Positions 13,537-24,265 of a stretch of DNA of 64,000 nucleotides are shown one piece after another. Under the pieces are notes generated by a model. It was not told where the DNA came from. It made no database searches and worked only from the letters and a program-made list of their open reading frames with translations. The translations under genes and the position numbers were made by a program. Origin of the DNA: Octopus vulgaris (taxonomy: Eukaryota); NCBI GenBank assembly GCA_951406725.2, contig OX597825.1:50778001-50842000 (forward strand), written 5' to 3'. Each line of letters starts with the position of its first letter. The first letter of the stretch is position 1.

Positions 13537-13665
13537 GTATATATGCGATGGGCTCCTTTCCGTTCCCGTCTACCAAATCCAAGGTTTGCTCGGCTCAAAG
13601 CTATAGTAGAAGACGCTTGCTGAAGGCACCATGCTGTTGGACGTAATCTGAAATGATGGGAAGCA
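13340..13665 (-). mobile_element. tRNA-derived SINE family A, degenerate copy with internal (CA)n
   Basis: Similar to 15939-16344 and 60988-61400 (CCGTCTACCAAATCC, GCTATAGTAGAAGAC). Confidence 0.75.
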
Positions 13666-13682
13666 TACACACACACACACAA

Positions 13683-14509
13683 ATGCGAAACTGAGTATTA
13701 CCATTCTGGTTGATAACTGATGAAGAATTAGAGACACCTCTGTGTCTTGTAAGTATACGTTTTTTATCTGTCAATGTATATTTTTATATGCATTTTTACA
13801 TTTATTAGTAACGGTACGCAACACAGAGCACACGTTTATAACAGTAAGGTTACATATATCCTCTAAGACTCTACTCTTTCTCCTTTTGTCTCTCACCCTG
13901 TTACTTCTCTTTCTAGCCTGTCCACTTTCCCCTTTTTCTCTCTCTCGCCCTCACACTTATATTTGTAGCCTTTCTCCATTCCCCCTTCTTTTCTGCCCTT
14001 ATTTCTTCTATATCATCTCTTTGTTGTTCTCTCTCTCTCTCTCTTTCTCCTTTGCTAGCTGCTGACACGTGACTCGCGGTCACTTTTTCTTCATTCTCTC
14101 TTTCTCACTGGCTGGCTGCCCGGTGGTTCGGGGACAAAAAACCTTCTCTGTCTTACTATTTACTGCTGTTTATATCCTTTAGGATCCTTTCTAAGCGTTA
14201 CTCACCATTCTCGTCTTTTGGCCGCAAGGCCGTATTTTGGTCCGTTTGTCTTTGATCATCGTCTTAAATTATTATTATTTTTTTAACTTTCGTATGGCCA
14301 ATCTGTGTCGTTTTGTTTGCATGAAGCCCGATTCTCTGCATCTTTCGCTGCCACCGCCGACATGAAAAGCCTCTCAGTCTTATCACTAGAGATGCCAAAC
14401 TGCCTATTACCATTCTGGTTGATAACTGATGAAGAATTAGGGACGTTCTGTGTCTTATACGTATAAGTTTTATTTTATCTGTCGTTGTTTATTTACAATG
14501 CATTTTCAC
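13683..14509 (+). mobile_element. Non-coding element bounded by ~118-bp direct repeats (13683-13800, 14392-14509); probable non-autonomous Penelope-like or retrozyme-like element
   Basis: Both repeats share TATTACCATTCTGGTTGATAACTGATGAAGAATTAG...TGTGTCTT...TTTATCTGTC...ATGCATTTT. The interior is CT-rich with a CACGTGACTCGCG motif and has no credible ORF. Confidence 0.65.
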
Positions 14510-14516
14510 ACACACA

Positions 14517-14555
<39 letters not shown>

Positions 14556-14579
14556 ACACACACACACACACATATATAA

Positions 14580-14700
14580 ATGGACAACCTCAGATGAAGT
14601 GTTTTGCGCAAAAGCACAAGACATTGCCCGGCCCAGGAATCGAAACTTCAAACTAAAGATCGAGAGTTCAACATTATTCTAGTCACTAACCATGTGCTTC
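14580..14700 (-). mobile_element. SINE 5' fragment, probably family C
   Basis: Reverse complement gives a tRNA-like head (GCACATGGTTAGTG...GTTTCGATTCCTGG) similar to 32575 and 52540. Confidence 0.5.
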
Positions 14701-14763
14701 AAATTCTCTGTCTCTCTGTCTCTCTTTCTCTTCCTCTCTATCTATCTATCTATCTATCTATCA

Positions 14764-14800
<37 letters not shown>

Positions 14801-14826
14801 GTTTTCCTTCTTTCTTTCTATATATG

Positions 14827-14954
<128 letters not shown>

Positions 14955-15035
14955 TTAGGAGTAAATCCAAACTTACAGGAAAAATTAGATTTAGGATTAA
15001 ATCTAATTTTACAGTATAAATATAAATATAAATTA

Positions 15036-15180
15036 AATTAGAGATAAAACCATTATTAGGCAAATCAAACAGTGAAAAACATAAACCAAAGCATAGAAAA
15101 AAATTAATTAATTTTATTTCTATGTTTTGGTTTATGTTTTTCACTGTTTGATTTGCCTAATAATGGGTTTATCTCTAATT
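15036..15180. repeat. 145-bp near-perfect palindrome
   Basis: AATTAGAGATAAAACCATTATTAGGCAAATCAAACAGTGAAAAACATAAACCAAA... mirrored by ...TTTGGTTTATGTTTTTCACTGTTTGATTTGCCTAATAATGGGTTTATCTCTAATT. About three differences and essentially no loop. Confidence 0.95.
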
Positions 15181-15243
<63 letters not shown>

Positions 15244-15321
15244 AATTAATAAATAAAACATATGCATATATACATGCATATATGTACGTACCTACCTCTA
15301 CATGTATGTATACATGTATAT

Positions 15322-15890
15322 ATGGGTACAGGACACCAAAAAAACGACGAACACAATGAGTAACGAAAACATAAACACAAAAACAAGGAAATGGACATTT
15401 CTTTTAAACAACGAAAAAATAGAGTACAGGGCATACAAAACAAGGAAAATTCCCCTTCTTCAGTCGCTTTAGTTTCATCTACTCCACGTTTCGAAGGTCT
15501 AGGCGATACATGGCTTTAATGAAACAATCCTTCCGCGAAAATCAAATTAAATAAAATTTGAGATTTTTTATGGTAACAAAAACAGGACAGTAACGACAGT
15601 ACAAAATATAAACAGTAAAAGACAGGACACGGAGAATAACAGTAACACAAACAAGAAGGGCTGTTAAGCCAAACGAGATAAAAAATTTTTACGAACGCTA
15701 TTTTTTGAGAACGGCAGAGAGCAACAGATTTTACAGGAGAAGAAAGACAGTGGGACCCATCACATCACGTGACCGCGACGGGAGGGAGGAGGAGGAGTAA
15801 GAGAAAGGGAGAGGCAGTAAGGTAGAAGAAAAGGAAAGCCAAAAGAATGGAGGCTGAGAAAGGGAGGGGGAGAGAAAGGTTAAGAGTGCG
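15322..15890 (-). mobile_element. Non-autonomous Penelope-like terminal/CT-rich element
   Basis: Terminal ATGGGTACAGGAC..CAAAAAAC and CGAAA(C/T)GTGGAGTAGATG are shared, in reverse orientation, with 23376-23530. The CACGTGACCGCG motif is shared with 14066. Confidence 0.55.
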
Positions 15891-15938
15891 CATCATTTTT
15901 AATATTAAGAACAATCTTACTTAGAAATGGATGCGCAT

Positions 15939-16342
15939 ATTCTTTTACTTGTTTCAGTCATTTGACTGCGGCCTTACTGGAGTACAGCATTTAGTCGAAG
16001 AAATCGACTCCAGGACTTATTCTTTGTAAGGCTTAGTACTTATTCTATCGGTCTCTTTTGCCGAACCGCTATGTTACGGGGACGTAAACACACCAGCATC
16101 GGTTGTCAAGCGATGTTGGAGGACAAACATACACACACACACACATACATGTATATATATATATATATATACACATATATACGACAGGCTTCTTTCACTT
16201 TCCGTCTACCAAATCCACTCACAAGGCTTTGGTCGGCCCGAAGCTATAGTAGAAGACACTTGCCCAAGGTGCCATGCAGTCGGACTGAACCCAGAACCAT
16301 ATGGTTAGTAAGCAAGCTATTTACCACACACCCACACCTGTG

Positions 16343-16344
<2 letters not shown>
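15939..16344 (-). mobile_element. tRNA-derived SINE family A, full length, with internal (CA)/(TA) tract
   Basis: Reverse complement: GGCACAGGTGTGGGTGTGTGGTAA (A box), GGTTCAGTCC (B box), CCTTGGGCAAGTGTCTT core, 3' ...GACTGAAACAAGTAAAAGA. Confidence 0.9.
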
Positions 16345-16401
<57 letters not shown>

Positions 16402-16677
16402 ATATATACGTATGTTGATGTTGAAATTCCAGTGACGGAGACTTGGGGAAAAAAGCAAAACAAGAATAGAAAATGAAATGCATATATACATACATACATA
16501 CATACATACATACATACATACATACCTACATACATACATACATACATGCATATACAGAAGATCTGTGTGTATGCCTGTATTTATATATCCATGAAACCTA
16601 AACAGCAAGTCATAATTTTAGTGCTGTATTTCTTTGAGAATGAAGGTATCATCTATATCAGAGTTGCTGTTGTTGTT

Positions 16678-16826
<149 letters not shown>

Positions 16827-18016
16827 CAGAAACAGCAATATGGTTGAATATAAATCGATTTACCGAAAAATATGGAACTGATAACATTGCATATTTCGGC
16901 AGGGGACCCTGACACTATCAGTACAATTACGAACAGAAATAAATATAATTTGTATAATAATACAATTTTCCTCTGTTCTCCCACATCTTGGAAAAAGCAA
17001 TGTACTTTCATCATGGAAGCAAGTGATATAGTTTATGCATTTTGTTTTATATTTCACTTGTTATGTAGATTAGACGTGCAAAACTCCGGAAATGACTGGC
17101 TCTGTAAGCAGTGACACGAACTTTACTTCGACGGCAACTGTTAAGGAACATTTTGAAGTAAATGTGGAATGTAATATAATTTCCGAACGACATTTTTTTC
17201 TCTTCTTCTTCGTTTGTTTATCTCTCGATAATATATTCAGTTTACATCACATGTTCTAGACAAATATCACGTTATGTTGTATTACTTTGATATTAGCAGA
17301 ATCGAAACACGCACTTCGATATCAGATCCCCCACGAGTATGAATAGGAAATAATAGATAGAATACTCGAAATTATTGTAAATTCTTTGTTCATCTCTAGA
17401 GAACATGAAGATAATCAATGGCTGATGATTTTTTTAGCACTTTATATATAATCTGTGTGTAGGGCGTTTGAGCTTTTCTTTTTTCCACTACATATGATCT
17501 AAAATAGTTTGATTCACGCACTTCAGTGTATCCTGCCGCATCTGAACATGTTCTAAACATATCCTCATAAACATCAATATATATATATATATATGTGTGC
17601 GTGTGTGTGTGTGTGTGATTTGAGAGAAGGAACTATTCTACTAATCATTTTATATTTATCTGAAGAACAACTCTATATTCTTAAAGTATTTTCTGCTATC
17701 GACTGCTAGTTTGAATTGTTCAGTAAACACACGAACACACACTTACGCATGTGCGCACGCACACATAGAAATTTATACAAACCTACATATATATATATAT
17801 TCATATTATATACATATATACATACACATACAAATACACTCACACACAAACACACGCATATATGTATATATATATATATATATACTCTGAGTTTCGGATG
17901 CCTCAGAGTTTTATCTTGGCTACCGAATAATTGTTACATTTTATTTTACAGATAAATTCCTCTATTTACATAATATTGAGGTTTCTTTCTTTCTTTTGTT
18001 ATCTTACCTTTTTTAC

Positions 18017-18047
<31 letters not shown>

Positions 18048-18051
18048 CATA

Positions 18052-18500
18052 TGAGGGTAAGTAAAACAATATCCCCAATTTCACCGTAACATATCTTTAT
18101 TATTGTCACACTGTCTTCTGCGCATACGTGCTCATATTTGGTACTGTTGTGGTCACGTGATCGAAGTTTGAGCGTGATGGCGCCGTTTTTTTCTTTGTAT
18201 TTCTGGCTTGACAGTGTGAGCATGGCCGCTCCAATAGCAATGTGCATCAAAGAAGAGCAAAAACCAGTGTCCGATTTCTCTGGTCGGAAGGTCTGACAGG
18301 TACTGAAATTCATCGGAAGGTTTTAGTACAATGCAGGGACATGCACTATCGCGTAGAAGTGTGTATGAGTGGATCGATAATTTTAAAAGTGGCCGGACAA
18401 GAAGGACGCACGAAGAGGGAGCAGGGCGCCCGTCAAACTCCATCACTGATGAGAAGACTTAGCAAGCTCGAGAGATGGTAATAGTGAACCGGTTCACCAT
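18052..18500 (+). mobile_element. Mariner transposon 5' fragment
   Basis: TA followed by TIR-like TGAGGGTAAGTAAAACAATATCC. From ATG 18222, with frameshifts: MAAPIAMCIKEEQ..VRFLWSEGLTGTEIHRK..SRRSVYEWIDNFKSGRT..GAGRPS (mariner HTH region). Confidence 0.85.
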
Positions 18501-18549
18501 TAACATCTCTCGGATCACTAATCTTTCTTCTTCTTAATCCGCATATGGC

Positions 18550-18742
18550 TGAGTGGCCATATGCGGATTAATCTTATTGGCTCAACTTCTCTCATTGACC
18601 CCCAAATTATTCGAGACAGCTGACATCTCACAAAATATTTTATTGATATCACTCAGTAGTTTTAGAGAACTATTACTATCAACATCAACATGTTTTTATA
18701 CGCTATGATATTCAACCGCATTTGAATGAAAAGAACTAGAGA
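18550..18742. repeat. Unclassified interspersed repeat segment, copy 2
   Basis: Aligns with 8992-9189. Confidence 0.8.
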
Positions 18743-19629
18743 AATATATAACAGATGTTGTTTGGCAATGGTTTAAAAGGAATATTAACGGCATCATGCT
18801 TATCAATTTCGAAAGACCTTCAAACATTATGGGCACTGCTATTTCTTACCCGCTTAGTGAGTAAAAACCTACCACTACAATAGAAACAAGCAAAAACTTG
18901 GATCCGACCCAGATTTTTAACTCCTTTCTTGTTGGTTCAGTCCACTTAATATGAATAGACAGCACCTTCTAGCTAGGAGAGTCTCAGCATTGTAAGCAAT
19001 AGAAATTCTGTGTAAAGAATGAAATAATTAGCTCCCAAACGCTACTTTCAACCGCACGTCTATATTAGTTGCTGTTGGGGATAATGCGGTCTCTTTAAAT
19101 CACACCTTTTCTGGACACTGTGATGAAGACTAGATATACAACCTACTGGATTGCAGGTATCTCTATAAATTTATTGCTATTTAACTATAGATTTACTCGG
19201 TTGTATCAAAACATACGTAGGTTATTAATATGATCTGTTTAACGATGGTTTTAGGAGGTATGAGGAGAACAGTGGTACAGGTAACAATGTTTGCATTGAG
19301 GTTGTGAATTGTTACTAAAAAATGGAGAATTTAATCAACTTTATTGGTAAATTGAAATCCAGCTTGACTTCCATCAATCTTGGATCGATAACATGTCAAT
19401 AGGTTTTACATATTATTCTGGCCATTTTAGCATGACTTACTCCTTTACTTTTCTAACTAGAATAGTTTTCAGTATCCAATAACATTCTATTGTGTACTTG
19501 TTCACATATGTTTGACATTTTTTTAAGTTTTAGGAAATATTCTTGTTCACATTTCGTCAAACACGAAATATCCCAGGTTAGATTTCTCATATTCATTAAT
19601 TCCTGAATCATGAAAATTCAATTCGATGA

Positions 19630-19822
19630 GTTCAACATATGTCAGTAGTAGATTAAGGTGTAGTGAGAGGCTAAGGTGGAGTGAGTATTTAGATTTGAGT
19701 AAGAGATTAATGAGTAGATGTGGTTTAAAGTGTAGTATTGTTTAAGGTGTAGTAGTGTTGAAGGTATAGTGGTGGGTCAGGGTGTTCTGGAAGTTAAAGT
19801 GTTATGCAAGTTTAAGGCTAGA
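19630..19822. repeat. Degenerate ~17-18-bp minisatellite (AAGGTGTAGT core)
   Basis: About ten diverged units, e.g. aaggtgtagtgagaggct / aaggtggagtgagtattt / aaagtgtagtattgttt / aaggtgtagtagtgttg. Confidence 0.7.
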
Positions 19823-22041
19823 GCTTCACTATCAATAGGGCATTGTCCGTTGTCGGGATAATTATATTTTTTTAAAGAATGAAGTGAGCGAAACGACAGT
19901 GGATTGGAAAACGTTGAAAGTTTGATGGTTCGCCACAAACAGTATTAAAGGGCAGTGATAGGGTCCTTATTGGGATAGGATGCTAATAAGGATCTTATTA
20001 CTGTAGAAGAAGCATGAAGACTACAAATCAATTTAAGCAAATGAAAACTAAACAAATATAAAAAGTAATACAGCGTGGAAGACACACACAAAGACTATTA
20101 ACTTCACTTAAACAACTCTACTGCCTGATTAGTATATTTTTTTCCATCTGTCATTGTTGTTCACTTTAACCATTAGCGCTCGGTAAATTACGTAATGGTC
20201 ACATATACGATATACTTATTTGAGAAAGTCTTGGGGATATTTATGGATGTTCTATTGTAGCAAACTAATAATGTGTATTTTGATCATTGTAAATGTAATT
20301 AGAAGTCTCAGTGTTTTTCTCACTACTGAATAAGATTAAGTTGATGAAATATATTTTTCTCCTAGAAAATGACGCTAGTCGAAAACTCGTTCAATACTCT
20401 GATAACTTGTTGCCAAATCTCCAAATTGAAGTCAGTTAACTGTCACATGTTGCAGAAAATAATATGCCTAGTTCTACTATTATGAGGAAACACCTCTAAT
20501 GGAATTGAATTTGCTTCCTTTGTATGGAGATGTAAATAATACATGATTATCTTGGATTAAATATTTTTGATACACTCAAATGAAAATACTAATTGTTCAT
20601 GAAAGATACACGTCACTGTTAAGAGAGAATATAAATAGCAAGATATTTGTGAGGACATTAACCTAGGAATTGGAACGGCATCAAAGCTGAATTGAGGCCC
20701 CTTGGCGGAATTGCTAATATATCGCAAAAATTGAACAACACCGCTAAGAGTTTACTTTTAAAGACCCCTCTGGTATTTATAAAATAGAGTACCCGTCAAC
20801 TTGTTTGTTCAACAGCATCGACTAAAACTCTTCCTTCCAAAATTGCTGACCTTGTGCATAAATTAGAAGCCATTATTTAGTAACCATCGTCAGTAATCTC
20901 CATATTTTATAGTGTGAAAGTAGTCGATGGAATCGGATATAATGTATTACAAATACTAACATATTTTTTGTTATCGGGAGTACGACAAGTAAAAGCAAGT
21001 CCACTAATATTTGGTCTTCTTGTATAGATAATAAATGTATTTGGAAAACAACTTATGTCATTGCTATAGAACTTATGACGTTTCATAAGTTCTTAGTTAT
21101 TTAATAAATGTATCCTCTGAAGAGCACAATTATTATGTAACTAAATATATTGACCCACAGAGATATATCATTTCTCGCAATTTCTTGTAAAACGCCATGG
21201 TCATCTCTCAAATTCCAAGTCTTAAATTTCATATGTTAATATAAGAAAATATATTAAAGTTTATTCCGTAGTTTGATGCAGTTTGCAGCTCTTACTCAAC
21301 AACAGAATAATAAAAAAAATCTAGGGCATCGTTTAGAAAATGGCATAATTTGGCTGGAGAATCAAGAATATTAATATAATAGAATAACACACATAAAATT
21401 TCTACTTCTCAACGATTTGCAGAAAATTTGAATTGCAATAGAAAACGATATATCAAGCTAAGTGTATGCAATAATATTTGTATTGATAAGATTCTATGTG
21501 CATGGAATTCTAATAGTAATCTCCAGATAGACATTTCCAACTCGGTTGATAATGACTAACAAATAATGTATTCCCAACTGATCTTCAAAGCTGATTTAAG
21601 GTAAGAATAAAACAATAAATTTTAGAACTGCCTTCCTTTCGTTTTATTTGACTTTGAAATAGATTCAGGGGAAATGGCACTACTGCAGTTTAGCGAAGCT
21701 ATTTAAACGAAATACCAGAAGGATTCTTTCGATTTAACTTCTTCATTATTTTCTTGAAAATTTAGCTACAGTCAAATTATTGGCAATTCAAAAGAAAATA
21801 CAGCGGTATATTAGTTTCAAAAGCGAGTGCGCAAAATCGAATAACATACACTGCTGCAGTTTTAAACATGAGATTAAAATAGTCGAAAAGATGAATACAT
21901 TCCACGTAAAAATATTTTATTCAATTCCAGCTACGCTAATAAAAAATATATAAACAAGAATTTCTGCTTGGAAATGGGAGCAAAAATCTATTAAGCTTGT
22001 GACAGTTGCATAAATTTGTAAAGGTACAGAATTCGTTGATT

Positions 22042-22104
22042 ATGTATTTATGTATGTATGTATGTATGTATGTATGTATGTATGTATGTATCTATCTATC
22101 TATA

Positions 22105-22157
<53 letters not shown>

Positions 22158-22162
22158 CTCTA

Positions 22163-22252
<90 letters not shown>

Positions 22253-22300
22253 TACATACATGAGCACACGCACGTACATACACACACACACACACACAGA
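22042..22300. repeat. (TATG)n-(TATC)n-(CA)n-(TA)n compound microsatellite
   Basis: Directly visible. Confidence 0.95.
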
Positions 22301-22889
22301 GTATACAAACGCAGGAAAAGAGCCTTCGACACATGAATGAGAGTTTATGGTTATTAGAAATCAATTAGTGAATAACTCCATTGCTACTCAAATTTTCACG
22401 CAGACGAGATGTATACCTGTGATTTATTAAACGATATTAAGGGCAAGTATAAAAATATGTCAACTGTGATACTTCAAAGGCCGGCTCTCATCGGTTAAAT
22501 ATAGTCACAGAATTATAGCTGTTGTAGCACTGGTCTTATGTTATCGTTTTTGTTCAGAGAGGTTGCTATAACTTCAAGAGCATTTCATCTACAAGGCTAA
22601 CTGGAGCTAGGTTAAAGCCGATTTTATAAATTTCGACGTTTGACCATCTGGAGATTTTATACGGTATGCATTACCTCAGGAGTTTTGACGCACCTTATAC
22701 CTTGACCTGCTCTATATGTGGTGGACACACCTACAATGCAAATCACCGCGTTTTTAAATTGTGTTGCCGGGAGTCGCTCATAATATCACACCAACATGAA
22801 ACCATTTACCATAATCAATTCTACAGAACCTTTGCCGATTATTTAAAGTTGTTATAATTTCTCATCATCTTAGCTAAAATTCTTTTTAC

Positions 22890-23530
22890 TCACTATATTT
22901 TCTTCTCCTACCGCACTCTCTCCCTTCTCACAGACCTTAATATTCCCACGTCTCTCTGTCCATTGCATCTGCTATTCTCAACTGCTTTCAATTGTCTGCG
23001 AACCAGTACTTTGCCCCACCCCACCCGCTAAGTTGAACTAACAACACTATTTCTTCGCCAGCCGTCTTTATCCTCCTTATAGCTGGTCTTTGTCAAGTTG
23101 TATCTATAACTTGTCTCGCTTCTTTACTCCGTTTTCTGAAACCCTTCCTCATTACCCACTACGGTTCTCTTTAAACCTTGATGTATATAAACAGTGATAG
23201 ACAATTTGCATTTGCTGCTAGTCTGTTGTAAAAAGGAAATCTATGACATAATGCACATTTTGCATTTGAATTTGGTTACTATGTAAGTTATGGCCGCCTG
23301 GAAACAACAGTCCCAAATTTTATTTTAGTTCGCAGGAGCAACTGTGTTTCGGAGCCTCATATTGTCGTTAATTGCTCGAAATGTGGAGTAGATGGATAGC
23401 CGACAACAAATGAAGGGTCGTTCTTTATGTTACTTGTCTTGCTTTCCATTTGTTTCTTTCGTTGTTCTCATACCCAAGTTTGCTTTCGTATTTCATGTTG
23501 TTTACGTTTTTTGACGTCCTGTACCCATAT
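22890..23530 (+). mobile_element. Non-autonomous Penelope-like terminal/CT-rich element related to 15322-15890
   Basis: CTCGAAATGTGGAGTAGATG...TGAAGGG and terminal ...TTTTTGACGTCCTGTACCCAT match the reverse complement of 15322-15495. Confidence 0.5.
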
Positions 23531-23583
23531 ATGCATATATATATACATATATGTGTAAATATGTGCATACATGTATGCATATA

Positions 23584-23636
<53 letters not shown>

Positions 23637-23764
23637 GCACACACACATATATATTATGATTGAACGCCACGCATCCATTTCCAAGTAATTATCTTATATA
23701 TATATGTGTGTGTGTGCATGCATATATATATATGCATACGTATATATACATGTCTATGTTTTCT

Positions 23765-23975
23765 TTGCGTCTGTGTTTGTCTATCCATCACAGCTTGATA
23801 ACCGGTATTGCTGTGTTTACGTCCCCGTAACTTAGTAGTTCGGCAAAAGAGACCGATAGAATAAGTACTAGGCTTAATAGAAATAAACCCTGGGTTGAGT
23901 TGCTCGACTAAAAATCTCTTCCAACAGGTGTTCCAACATGGCCGCAGTCAAATAACTGAAACAAGTAAAAGAATA
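23765..23975 (+). mobile_element. SINE family A, 3' module only
   Basis: GTGTTTACGTCCCCGTAACTTAG...GAGACCGATAGAATAAGTACTAGGCTT...GGCCGCAGTCAAATAACTGAAACAAGTAAAAGA. Confidence 0.88.
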
Positions 23976-23977
23976 TG

Positions 23978-24018
<41 letters not shown>

Positions 24019-24104
24019 ACATCACATTTTAGTTAAATATAAACAGCTTAAGTGAATCTTTTAGAAACTGAACGCTGCAAGTCACTGTTGATTCTTGCTA
24101 GCGA

Positions 24105-24265
24105 AGAAGTCGGTGGTTCCCATTCTGGTGCCACCACCCACAGAGGTCTACTTTGCCTTTCATCCTTTCGGGGTCTATAAGTTAAGTACAAGTTGCATAC
24201 TGGAGTCGATCTAATCGACTGGCCCCTTTCCCCAAAATTCGGGCCTTGTGCCTAGAGTAGAAAAG
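24105..24265 (+). mobile_element. SINE family B (Meta/MESC-like central domain)
   Basis: GAGGTCTACTTTGCCTTTCATCCTTTCGGGGTCTATAAGTTAAGTAC...ATCGACTGGCCCC...GGGCCTTGTGCC, shared with several copies in the window. Confidence 0.8.

Noticed and set aside
20200-21700. Possible ancient LINE RT traces (SGVRQ...SPLIF at ~20975; GIMLINF at ~18790)
   Set aside because: Isolated weak motifs without enough collinear support to set boundaries.
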